From a virus (lineage: Duplodnaviria > Caudoviricetes), in the IMG/VR virus record IMGVR_UViG_3300012984_000010: a stretch of DNA of 64,000 nucleotides; one strand, 5' to 3'. A program made the translations under genes and the position numbers. Numbering within the stretch: position 1 is the first letter of the stretch; every line of letters starts with the position of its first letter. Positions 53,234-63,349 of this stretch are shown one piece after another. The notes beneath the pieces were generated by a model, which had not been told where the DNA came from, did not search any database, and was given only the letters and a program-made list of their open reading frames with translations.

Positions 53234-54192
53234 GTGTCCCAAATCTTAGAGAAATCCATAGAGCCTTTGGCGTAGTCGGTCGTCCGTTGAGCAAAGAAGT
53301 CCGTATGCGCCACGCCTGCACTCATGACATCGAACCAAGCCATCCGCTCCAAAGCTTCCTTGTCCAGGTTCTTCCAACGCTTCGCCAACCCCAAATCATT
53401 GAGTTTGGTGTTGGTCCGGAAACGGATGAAGTTCTTCATGTCTTTCACGTCCAACCCTTCCAACTGAGTATCCTCGAAGGCTTTCTCGATAAAATCGTCT
53501 TCCAGATCGACGGTAATCTTGGCGGCTTCGTAGATCTCCTCCTTCAGCTTGTCGGTAAGGATGCCTGGGTACTCTGAAACTAGAGTCCGGAACAGCCAGC
53601 AGCCGGCGTCAGAGTGGAGACTCTCGTCCTTGATCGAGAAGGCGATGATCTGACCTAACCCCTTCATCTTGTTGAAGCGGCTGAAGTTCAGCAAGATGGC
53701 GAAGCTAGAGAACAGATTAACACCTTCATTGAAGGCCGAGAAGATGGCCAATGATCTGGCTATTTCTTCCTTGGTCTTACCCTTGGTCTCAATCAGGCGA
53801 TCTATTTTCGCCTTCGCGGTGGGCTCGTAAAGAAAGGCCTCGAAGTCCTCCAGACCCAAAGATTGGTTCAAGTAGGCGTATGAGACCGCATGAATCGACT
53901 CGAAGCTGGCGAAAGTGGCCGCCATCATCTGTATTTCTGGCTTCTTGAACCACTTGCCGACCATCTGACTCCAGTACTCTTGGATGAACACTTCAGACTG
54001 AGTGAAGCCTTTCAGGATGTGTCCAACCGCATGGCGTTCGCCATCGGACAGGTTCATCTTCCAGTCATTGATATCCGAGGCCATCGACACCTCAGTGTGT
54101 AACCAATGGGACTGTTGTTGAAGCTCCCAATACGTGTATGCTTTCTGGTATTCGAATGGAGCGTAGGTGGCTCGTGGGGTGAGTAGCGTCAT
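53230..54192 (-). CDS. nrdB: Ribonucleotide reductase class Ia beta subunit
   Basis: WLHTEV, ESIH..SY, EGVNLFSSF, DESLH. Confidence 0.95.
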   Translation of the reverse strand: MTLLTPRATYAPFEYQKAYTYWELQQQSHWLHTEVSMASDINDWKMNLSDGERHAVGHILKGFTQSEVFIQEYWSQMVGKWFKKPEIQMMAATFASFESIHAVSYAYLNQSLGLEDFEAFLYEPTAKAKIDRLIETKGKTKEEIARSLAIFSAFNEGVNLFSSFAILLNFSRFNKMKGLGQIIAFSIKDESLHSDAGCWLFRTLVSEYPGILTDKLKEEIYEAAKITVDLEDDFIEKAFEDTQLEGLDVKDMKNFIRFRTNTKLNDLGLAKRWKNLDKEALERMAWFDVMSAGVAHTDFFAQRTTDYAKGSMDFSKIWDT

Positions 54193-54195
54193 CGG

Positions 54196-55158
54196 TCACT
54201 GATCCTTTACAATGGAAAGCACGGTGGTCTCAACCAGAGTCCTCTTGGATCTGATGGGCCCTCTCATCTGTGAATCTAATCTACATAGTTGGTTGAAATG
54301 CTTTCTCAACTTTGCCAGGGAGTACTTGCGAGCCAGCGGGATCAAGTATTCCTGACAACGCCGTTCTTTCATGTCGAATCGAATGGCTATGATGGACGCA
54401 GAATCCCCCCGTTCCAACATCTGCCTAGTGACCAACACTTGTTCCACACGCTTCAACAGGGCGGCCACAAGGGGGATGTTGGCGTCGTCACCCATCTTCT
54501 CGTACAGGAAGGATAGATCGCGCATCGCAGCTTTGGAATTCCTGCTGATGACGTGGTCTGCTACCTGGAATGGCTCCAACGGCTTGTCTGGAGCCACTAT
54601 TTGCACAACATGCTTCTTGGTTACGAATCCGTCTTTCACCAGATATCGGAGCTTACCTAGTTCATTGTAGATCCCAAACAGGTTGTCTCCCAAGAAATTG
54701 ATCAAAGCATCGATGGCTTCTTCATCCAGATTCAACAAGAGTCTCTGAGCTTCATCTACGATTCGTTTTCGATACCCCTTGATGTCCCATGGAGGCAACT
54801 TCATGTGAGACGAGACGGTCGCCAGTTTAGCTACCGCCGTCCAAGATGCGGGTAATTTCGCCTTGTGGATAACTGCTGTCACTACCGACAGGGAAGAACC
54901 GTCCTCTTCAATCGAGGTCTTCAATAAGCCCTCCAGTTTGACCTCATCCGCCTCATCAATCACGATGTGTCGGCCCACTCCGAACATGGGTTGAGTCTCG
55001 CGCAAGGAAACTATTTGGGATTCCTTGGTCTCGCCACCTTCAAGGAAGCTGGGTTCTCTGCCTTTGAGAGCTTCCTTGTGCGCAGTTACCGCCCGATTCA
55101 GCAGCACTTCCTCATCACCACAAAATACATAGAGGGGGCTTAAGCCTTTTCCAGCCAT
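54196..55158 (-). CDS. holA: DNA polymerase III delta subunit
   Basis: PLYVFCGDEEVL, QPMFG, EAIDAL..LG.NL....ELGKL, FQVAD. Confidence 0.8.
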   Translation of the reverse strand: MAGKGLSPLYVFCGDEEVLLNRAVTAHKEALKGREPSFLEGGETKESQIVSLRETQPMFGVGRHIVIDEADEVKLEGLLKTSIEEDGSSLSVVTAVIHKAKLPASWTAVAKLATVSSHMKLPPWDIKGYRKRIVDEAQRLLLNLDEEAIDALINFLGDNLFGIYNELGKLRYLVKDGFVTKKHVVQIVAPDKPLEPFQVADHVISRNSKAAMRDLSFLYEKMGDDANIPLVAALLKRVEQVLVTRQMLERGDSASIIAIRFDMKERRCQEYLIPLARKYSLAKLRKHFNQLCRLDSQMRGPIRSKRTLVETTVLSIVKDQ

Positions 55159-55159
55159 A

Positions 55160-56119
55160 TCAACGCTCCGAGATAGCCACGCAGAAGCAATTCTTGATCT
55201 GGTACGCCAGATTGGGTTTACTCGGCAGGCGCTCTTGCACTACATTGATTTCTCGACGCAAGGCAGCCAAACGAATCGGTCCTAGTCTTTCCCTCAACAG
55301 TGTCAATTCCTCGTGAAGATCCATGTTGGCTATACGTTCGGGGGCGTAAGATATTAGGTAAAGGTCGGTAACGATACGTTCTAGAAACTGAAAAGCGAGG
55401 ATCAATTCGGCCGATTTCTTCTCGGTTGCCAACTCGTCAATGGCTGAGAACAGAGTAGACAGGTCACCCGTCACGGCTGTTTTGAGAAGAGCCATTACAC
55501 GATTACGAAAAATTATCCGATTCGATCCTAAGTACTGCACTGCGCGGCCAACGGAGCCCTCTGAAAGGCGAGTGTAGACAGTCGCCTTGGTTGAATCGTC
55601 CGTCAGCTGGCTCAATGCGGCGCTAATAAATGGTTCACTCAGTCGATTGTACCGGACTACCCCACATCGAGAGATTATCGTTGGGATCACTTTTTCCAAA
55701 GAATTAGAGATCAGCAAGAACCTCGTATTTTTTGGAGGTTCTTCCAAAACCTTCAGTATGGCGTTGGCCGCCCCCTCGGACAACCGATCAGCACCGTCGA
55801 CAACTATGTAACGACGTCGCGCAACTGAAGGGTGGAGGGTAGCTTCCGTCAATGCTTCGCGCATCTCATCCACCCCAATGTCTTTCCCCAAATCTGGGGT
55901 CAAGATAATGAGGTCCGGATGGGTTCCACGATCCACTTGCAGACACTGGTTGTCGCCAGGGTCCCCGCCAGAGAAGTCTTCTTTGATGGCAGCCATCACT
56001 GAGAAGCGTTTACCTACTCCTTCAGGGCCTACCAACAGCAGGGGTATCTTACATTCGTTCGCCACTACCCTTTTGAGGTAGGCAACGCCCTTATCCTGTT
56101 CCCGAACCTCGCTCAACAA
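55160..56119 (-). CDS. holB: DNA polymerase III delta-prime subunit
   Basis: GPEGVGK, THPD, IGVDEMR, ANAILKVLEEPP, IPTIISRC. Confidence 0.9.
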   Translation of the reverse strand: MLSEVREQDKGVAYLKRVVANECKIPLLLVGPEGVGKRFSVMAAIKEDFSGGDPGDNQCLQVDRGTHPDLIILTPDLGKDIGVDEMREALTEATLHPSVARRRYIVVDGADRLSEGAANAILKVLEEPPKNTRFLLISNSLEKVIPTIISRCGVVRYNRLSEPFISAALSQLTDDSTKATVYTRLSEGSVGRAVQYLGSNRIIFRNRVMALLKTAVTGDLSTLFSAIDELATEKKSAELILAFQFLERIVTDLYLISYAPERIANMDLHEELTLLRERLGPIRLAALRREINVVQERLPSKPNLAYQIKNCFCVAISER

Positions 56120-56297
56120 CTGACGCCTCCAAAAGAGCCGTGTCTTTAGGAGTCTCTACTGGAACTAACTGCATGACTGCAAAGTAGTGTTGCTTGCAGT
56201 CCGTGCATTCAAATCTGTAGGACTCTTTACCTGTCGGCTTCAGAGTACCCCTACACCGTAAACAACGCATCCCATCGTGTTTTTCAGACACGATCAA
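56091..56297 (-). CDS. Small zinc-ribbon protein
   Basis: CLRC...CTDC; start uncertain. Confidence 0.55.
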   Translation of the reverse strand: MIVSEKHDGMRCLRCRGTLKPTGKESYRFECTDCKQHYFAVMQLVPVETPKDTALLEASVVERGSGTG

Positions 56298-57084
56298 CCA
56301 GCATGTTGTTGCTGAGAAACTCGTACACCGTGGAGTACGGAGCGACCTGTTGCAACACCCCCGCCTCAGCTTGTTGTCGAGTGGCTTCCAAGTTCTTCGC
56401 TACGTAGGAACGGTTCCAGCTCATGTAGTAGAAGGCTGGTCCAACGAACAGCTCAGGAAAGATCCATTCCACATCATGAGTTTTTTGGATCCATTGTCTG
56501 ATCGCCACCTCCATACCGTAACCCCGGAGTTCCCAACCGACCCTCCAAGGGGCGGGCCAAGGAGCTGCCATTACGGCTGATGCGAGTATGAGTGCCGACC
56601 ACCATCCTGTTTGTGCACACCCTATAGCAAAAAATGACATGAGGACGAAGCCCAGGACGAATCCCGCCAGCTTGTCAGACAGCTTGAAGATTAGACAAGC
56701 AGCCAAGTACCCCAACACAGGGATGGCCAAAGTCATAACGTGATCTCTGGACACCCAACCGTACAGAGCCAAAGGTAGTACTGCTAGAATCTGGGGGAAC
56801 AGATACGAAATCTTGAACCATCGATTCCGATTAGTATCGTAGATCCTGGTGTAGGCGTGAGCCAGGTCCCTAATCGAAAGTTCTGGGTTGCTCAGATACC
56901 ATTCACGTGTCGTAAAATACACGGTGGTGCCAACAACAGTGCACCAATAACGATACTTTGGGCTAAACACCATCAAAGCACGAAGGACTCTGAAGAACAA
57001 GGATTCGTTCTTGAACCGAACCTTCAGAGTAGGCATCTCAGTTCGGAGATGCTCTTCAAATCGATCCAAGACTTGTGGGTCCAT
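56284..57084 (-). CDS. Membrane protein with degenerate zincin-like region
   Basis: Several hydrophobic segments; TVVGTTVYF...LAHAYTR...WELRGY pattern. Confidence 0.55.
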   Translation of the reverse strand: MDPQVLDRFEEHLRTEMPTLKVRFKNESLFFRVLRALMVFSPKYRYWCTVVGTTVYFTTREWYLSNPELSIRDLAHAYTRIYDTNRNRWFKISYLFPQILAVLPLALYGWVSRDHVMTLAIPVLGYLAACLIFKLSDKLAGFVLGFVLMSFFAIGCAQTGWWSALILASAVMAAPWPAPWRVGWELRGYGMEVAIRQWIQKTHDVEWIFPELFVGPAFYYMSWNRSYVAKNLEATRQQAEAGVLQQVAPYSTVYEFLSNNMLVDRV

Positions 57085-57087
57085 GGC

Positions 57088-57303
57088 TCAAATATTGAGG
57101 TATCCGCCGACCTGAACCGAAGAGGGTCTGCCACATTTGGTACAACGATAAACCCTCTGGCCTGTGTGTACCTGCCCCTCAATACGAATTTCCGTGGCTT
57201 CCATCGAATCACATGTCTCTTCTTTGCAACGCATGAAGTGGACCGGTTCTTTGGGGGTTTCAGGAATGAGTCCTGGGGCTGTTCCTTTGTGATCGATACT
57301 CAT
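57088..57303 (-). CDS. Small zinc-finger protein
   Basis: CKEETC...CTKC; SD GGAG. Confidence 0.6.
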   Translation of the reverse strand: MSIDHKGTAPGLIPETPKEPVHFMRCKEETCDSMEATEIRIEGQVHTGQRVYRCTKCGRPSSVQVGGYLNI

Positions 57304-57307
57304 CTGT

Positions 57308-57697
57308 TTACTCCGGAAATAGTGGTGTCAGGACACCCAACACATGGACATAGTATGGATCGTTGGGGCTGAGAAGGGTCAAAGAATAGGAAACATTTGG
57401 GTCATTGTACCCATTGGGAGTCATGGGGAACAACAATGGATCCAAGGTACCATCCTTGATGTAAGGTTCAATCTTGGCCCAATCACTAGCTAGGATTTGA
57501 ACTGCCAATCCTGACCCTTTGAGAAATACGTACGGGATCTCTTTAGTGGTCCCCAGCGTTACCGATACTTGTTTTCGATACAACCCAACGATCGCCCTAG
57601 CGACATCCGGCAAAAGGGCGGCCCTCAATGCTGTGGGTCTTTGACCCCAGATCTGGAAAAGGCGGTTGTCCACCTCTTCCAGATCCGACAAGTACAA
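57308..57697 (-). CDS. Hypothetical protein
   Basis: 129 aa ORF filling the gap after groEL. Confidence 0.5.
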   Translation of the reverse strand: MYLSDLEEVDNRLFQIWGQRPTALRAALLPDVARAIVGLYRKQVSVTLGTTKEIPYVFLKGSGLAVQILASDWAKIEPYIKDGTLDPLLFPMTPNGYNDPNVSYSLTLLSPNDPYYVHVLGVLTPLFPE

Positions 57698-57699
57698 TC

Positions 57700-59706
<2,007 letters not shown>

Positions 59707-59707
<1 letters not shown>

Positions 59708-60282
59708 CAGGAGTTCAGATCGGAACGGCCCAACATATTGATGAACAGCAAACCTTGTTCCCGAGCGTCATCAATAGCCACATGTGTATGTGGTGGCAAC
59801 CCTTTGAACCAAGACTTCGGCATGTTACGCTTCGTAGTTTGGCGGTAAGGAGTCCCCAAGATCGCCATCGCGTAGGATTTAACATCCAAGCACGAGAAGC
59901 TGAATGGACTGTAGCCGCCGAAACGAATCAAATACCAGTAGAGGAAAAGGTAATCAAAGCCGGCCGGATAGGCAACACAAACAGGTGAGCTGTTCTGTCC
60001 TACCGATACTTTACTGACCCACTCTCGGAACAGATTCAAGGCGTGCTCCGGAGCCTGAGGGTCTTTACGGCAGGCTTCCCATACGGCAGTTGGTTGGGAC
60101 CCCCACCATTTCATCGTATCTGGGTGGCCTGCCGAACCTTCAAGTAGTTCCAGGTTGACAGAGAAAGCGTCTATTTCCTTACCTGACGGCAAGAAAGCTA
60201 CCGCGCCCAAACTCAGCATCGAGTGAGGGCCAGGAATCGGACCATCGGTCTCGATGTCGACACTGATGTATATTTCTGACAT
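59707..60282 (-). CDS. DEDDh 3'-5' exonuclease
   Basis: SVDIETDG, FDY, LDVKS, HVAIDDA. Confidence 0.88.
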
Positions 60283-60291
60283 ACGTCGGAC

Positions 60292-60299
60292 TTACACCG
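60292..60299 (-). promoter_or_regulatory. CGGTGTAA motif upstream of the DEDD exonuclease gene
   Basis: TA at -12/-11 relative to ATG 60282. Confidence 0.6.
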
Positions 60300-60573
60300 G
60301 TCTGGTCAAGTGTTGTAGCCGCTTCAGAACTTCATCTCGCATATTCGGTCCGTACGAGTCCGCGATGGCCGGATCCAACATCGAAAGGATGCGCTCTGTC
60401 TTCATTCCGGCTTCTACAGCTTCGAGGGCGAAGGCAGTCCAATCAGGAATGACTTCACGCTCCTCAAGAAATGAGAACGTCACCTCAAGAGGGACTCCAG
60501 TAGTTTCGTAGAAACGGTAGACTCCAGCTACAACAGTCTTGCCGTCCACCGTCCTGCCAACTACCTCAAGCAT
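60292..60573 (-). CDS. Small protein resembling the AlaRS helical-domain segment
   Basis: YRFYETTGVPLEVT...EERE...DWTAF versus the AlaRS pattern FxLYDTYGFPxDLT...ERxxxVDxxGF. Confidence 0.6.
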   Translation of the reverse strand: MLEVVGRTVDGKTVVAGVYRFYETTGVPLEVTFSFLEEREVIPDWTAFALEAVEAGMKTERILSMLDPAIADSYGPNMRDEVLKRLQHLTRPV

Positions 60574-60925
60574 CTACCTCATCGCCCAAAATCTGGATGA
60601 CCTTATGGTGAGTGACTTTACCGTCTCTGACTCGAAGACCGTCCAAACCCATGCCTGATTCCCACGTCACCACCAAGTCGGCCGTCCCTTCAAAAATAGG
60701 GAGGATTTCCTCCCAAAGAGCCTCTAAGTTACCGCTGCCTGACCCACCCCAAGGGATCCGACGAGGGTATATGAACTTACCCCTAACCTTACCCCACTCG
60801 GTATAGCGTTCGAACGGATGAATCTCTGGATACTCAACCTGAGACTCTAAAGCTTCCAGTGCAGCAATAGAGACTCGGAAGTTGGTGCTTGAGATGATCT
60901 CAATCGATTCAACGTGGCTGCTCAT
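60566..60925 (-). CDS. Hypothetical protein
   Basis: 119 aa ORF overlapping its neighbours. Confidence 0.55.
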   Translation of the reverse strand: MSSHVESIEIISSTNFRVSIAALEALESQVEYPEIHPFERYTEWGKVRGKFIYPRRIPWGGSGSGNLEALWEEILPIFEGTADLVVTWESGMGLDGLRVRDGKVTHHKVIQILGDEVDA

Positions 60926-61088
60926 AAGATTTCTTCATGTTTTGAATGAACTCTAGGGCTTCGGAAGACTCGAACTTAGTGTAATCCGCGTTAATCAAGA
61001 TTGTATTCTCTCGTCCGAAGACTGCTCGTAGCCTTCTTCCTAGTTCAGTGCGGATCGGGATATTCTGCAGAGCAGGACGAGACCTCAT
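60909..61088 (-). CDS. 59-aa protein resembling the DNA Pol I motif-2/motif-A segment (not in ORF track)
   Basis: Manual translation MRSRPALQNIPIRTELGRRLRAVFGRENTILINADYTKFE...; ATGA overlap with the upstream stop. Confidence 0.75.
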   Translation of the reverse strand: MRSRPALQNIPIRTELGRRLRAVFGRENTILINADYTKFESSEALEFIQNMKKSYEQPR

Positions 61089-61396
61089 CTGAACAACAAC
61101 TTGAGCAGATAAAGGACCCCGCCCAATCCGCCCAAGAACATGAATACAGGCACCACGATGCGAATCAACTGTCCAGCCCGTTCAACGCTAGCGTCATAGT
61201 CGTTGAACGCTGCATTGAACATCGCCAACGCTTTCGAGACATCCTGTGCTCTGAGAGCTTTGCCAATCGCTTCCAAAGCGACAGTTTGATTTACGGTAGG
61301 AGCGTAACGCTCCATCCATTCTTGGAATCCTTCCAAGTCTGACTCTACAATCAGTTGTCGGCCGCTCGAAAGAACCTCTGAAGACAGTCTAGCCAT
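61085..61396 (-). CDS. Small protein with C-terminal transmembrane helix
   Basis: Hydrophobic C-terminus; CGGTGTA motif upstream. Confidence 0.6.
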   Translation of the reverse strand: MARLSSEVLSSGRQLIVESDLEGFQEWMERYAPTVNQTVALEAIGKALRAQDVSKALAMFNAAFNDYDASVERAGQLIRIVVPVFMFLGGLGGVLYLLKLLFR

Positions 61397-61712
61397 GCGG
61401 GTGCTTTACACCGAGCGTCCTTGATTTCAGCCACTTGGATTTGGGTTTGATCCACAACAGAAAAGGGGCCGCCATCGAAAGAGGCCAACTGACCAGAGCT
61501 GTGAATCCCAATAGGTTGGGGTCTAGATGCGGTCCTACAAGCACGATGAAGCCGATCAGGAGCGCGGTCGTGAGGATGACGGAAGGCACCCAAATCTTCC
61601 CCACATAGGCTTGATAGTCCCGCTCATCTTGACGTTGTTCAGGCGTCAGAGAATTGAACCAACATGCTCGGCGTTCACGAGCTTCAGCATTTCGACGAGA
61701 CCACCCTACCAA
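61389..61712 (-). CDS. Small two-TM membrane protein (start uncertain)
   Basis: Two hydrophobic segments; the 5' part of the track ORF (to 61841) overlaps another gene. Confidence 0.5.
   Translation of the reverse strand: MVGWSRRNAEARERRACWFNSLTPEQRQDERDYQAYVGKIWVPSVILTTALLIGFIVLVGPHLDPNLLGFTALVSWPLSMAAPFLLWIKPKSKWLKSRTLGVKHPHG
61406..61413 (-). promoter_or_regulatory. CGGTGTAA motif
   Basis: TA at -12/-11 relative to ATG 61396. Confidence 0.6.
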
Positions 61713-61951
61713 TGAAACCTCCGGAAACTCTTCTTGAGCCAGCGTTCTTTCATGAATGGGCGATTGGCCCACCAACGCCATAAGTTGGGTGCCACCTTGT
61801 AGACGAGGCTGCCTGCCAGGTGCCACCAATTGTTGACCCAACTACCGCAGTCACACAGACGGCAATCGGGGTCATGGTGGCGGTGCTTGGAGCATACAGA
61901 GTACCAATCGTAACGCCAAGGGCCCCAGCCGCGAGTGGGTAGGCGATTCAT
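61706..61951 (-). CDS. Small Trp/Cys-rich protein
   Basis: CSKH...CRLCDC; ATGA coupling to the upstream gene. Confidence 0.55.
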   Translation of the reverse strand: MNRLPTRGWGPWRYDWYSVCSKHRHHDPDCRLCDCGSWVNNWWHLAGSLVYKVAPNLWRWWANRPFMKERWLKKSFRRFHW

Positions 61952-62175
61952 GAATCTACGGGTTCGTCTTCAGGTCCAGGGTCTGTGGGTGCGTCTTCAG
62001 GTTCAGGTGGTGGGACCGCTGCTTCCAGCTTCTTCGAGAGGGTTACGATCTCCGCTGATGTGAGGTAGCGGAAAGCCCCTTGCTTCATGAAGACACCAAC
62101 CACGTCTTCTCTTTCGTAGACGGCCAAGGTCTTCAACGCCGCACCCACTGCCCGCATCTCACGTTCATTGAGCAT
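61948..62175 (-). CDS. Small hypothetical protein
   Basis: GGTGTA motif upstream; acidic tail. Confidence 0.6.
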   Translation of the reverse strand: MLNEREMRAVGAALKTLAVYEREDVVGVFMKQGAFRYLTSAEIVTLSKKLEAAVPPPEPEDAPTDPGPEDEPVDS

Positions 62176-62183
62176 TAATCACT

Positions 62184-62190
62184 CTACACC
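62184..62190 (-). promoter_or_regulatory. GGTGTAG motif
   Basis: TA at -11/-10 relative to ATG 62175. Confidence 0.55.
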
Positions 62191-62227
62191 ACCGAAATTG
62201 ATCTTTCTGAACGTTCTACCTAGGCAG

Positions 62228-62662
62228 TCAATTTGTGAGCTTCTCGTTGCCAATAGTGTGAAGCCATCGGAGAACTTCCGCGCCCAGATCGCCGTTCACT
62301 GACCCATCCCAGCCCAACATCTGACCCTTGCCGGCATAATGGCCGCGAGCAACCTGCCTAGTTTCAAGGGTGTCTACATGGAAAGCAGTGACAGAACTTT
62401 GAGCTAGGGCGTAGCGCACTAGATAAGGCTCGGTTCGAACCTGAATCAGACCTCTAACTACGCCGGTCGGTTCCAACGTCGAATCAAGCTCATCGATCAG
62501 CCTGTAGTAGCGAGTGTTGTTTGGGATCGTGAACTTGTGTGGGGTGCTCACGTTTCCACAAATGACCGTACCAGTGGCAAACTCTTTGAGAGGCGTGGGG
62601 TACAACTTCTTGCAGACGAGACACAGAAGCGACAACGGTTCCATCTCACCTTTGGTTGGCAT
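62228..62662 (-). CDS. Hypothetical zinc-ribbon protein
   Basis: CLVC...CGN...H; CGGTGTA motif upstream. Confidence 0.55.
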   Translation of the reverse strand: MPTKGEMEPLSLLCLVCKKLYPTPLKEFATGTVICGNVSTPHKFTIPNNTRYYRLIDELDSTLEPTGVVRGLIQVRTEPYLVRYALAQSSVTAFHVDTLETRQVARGHYAGKGQMLGWDGSVNGDLGAEVLRWLHTIGNEKLTN

Positions 62663-63308
62663 CACCCTGACCTACACCGAAGTCTTGCCTAGCATCAGGT
62701 AATTTACAGGCAAAGTCCAGCTGAATGCCCGTCAATCTACGCAAATCTGCTAAAACTAGTTCCATCTCCTCCACTGTGGCATTCGATTTCAAGGTATTAG
62801 CACGGTAAGAGATAACTCTGATGTTACCTCGTGTATACCCACCATGTGGATCAATACGATCTACACTTGGACTATCCGGCAATGGTCCCTGTCGGCCGCG
62901 ACGAGGAGATATCACCAAAGGGATTCCAAGGACGGGGCAAATCGAAGGTATTTGGATGTCTTCAACCACTAGATCGAAAGGTAAGGCTTCCTTCTTGGCC
63001 CTCGCTCTCAATCTCCACAGGATTTCCAATTCAGGGCGAGTTTGTCGCAGATTTTGGTAAAAGTCCTGATTGTACGCGATGATTTGAGCCTTATGTGTCT
63101 GATAGTACAAAGCATGTGCAGCAGCCGCCTTGGACTTATTCTTCTCTCGGTACTCCTTCCGTTGAGGGGCATCCGCGGCTCTTTTTTCTGCTTCACAGGA
63201 TTTGCATCTGGACCTAAATCGACCCTTAGCCTCCTCTCCTCGCGGGTAAAAAGCGCCTGTAGGTTTAGTCTGTTTACAACTGGAGCATACTTTCGAGGGC
63301 ACCCTCAT
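62646..63308 (-). mobile_element. Free-standing HNH-type (His-Me finger) endonuclease
   Basis: CSSC...CKSC zinc finger; CPVLG...SVDRID..GY..GNIRVIS..AN. Start likely ATG 63308; ORF track starts at 63326. Confidence 0.82.
62672..62679 (-). promoter_or_regulatory. CGGTGTAG motif
   Basis: TA at -12/-11 relative to ATG 62662. Confidence 0.6.
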
Positions 63309-63338
63309 GCACGCATCGTTTTCCATGCATGAGGGTGC
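63299..63338. repeat. Perfect 13-bp inverted repeat over the HNH gene start
   Basis: GCACCCTCATGCA (63299-63311) and TGCATGAGGGTGC (63326-63338) with a 14-nt loop. Confidence 0.9.
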
Positions 63339-63349
63339 TCATAAGCAAA

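Noticed and set aside
23431-54192. Inteins or introns in terL, recA, helicase, ligase, nrdA or nrdB
   Set aside because: Lengths and motif spacing are ordinary, and no Hint-domain termini were noticed.
60926-61084. Apparent 160-bp intergenic gap as a tRNA or ncRNA
   Set aside because: No cloverleaf or T-loop signature; the gap is filled by a 59-aa coupled ORF.
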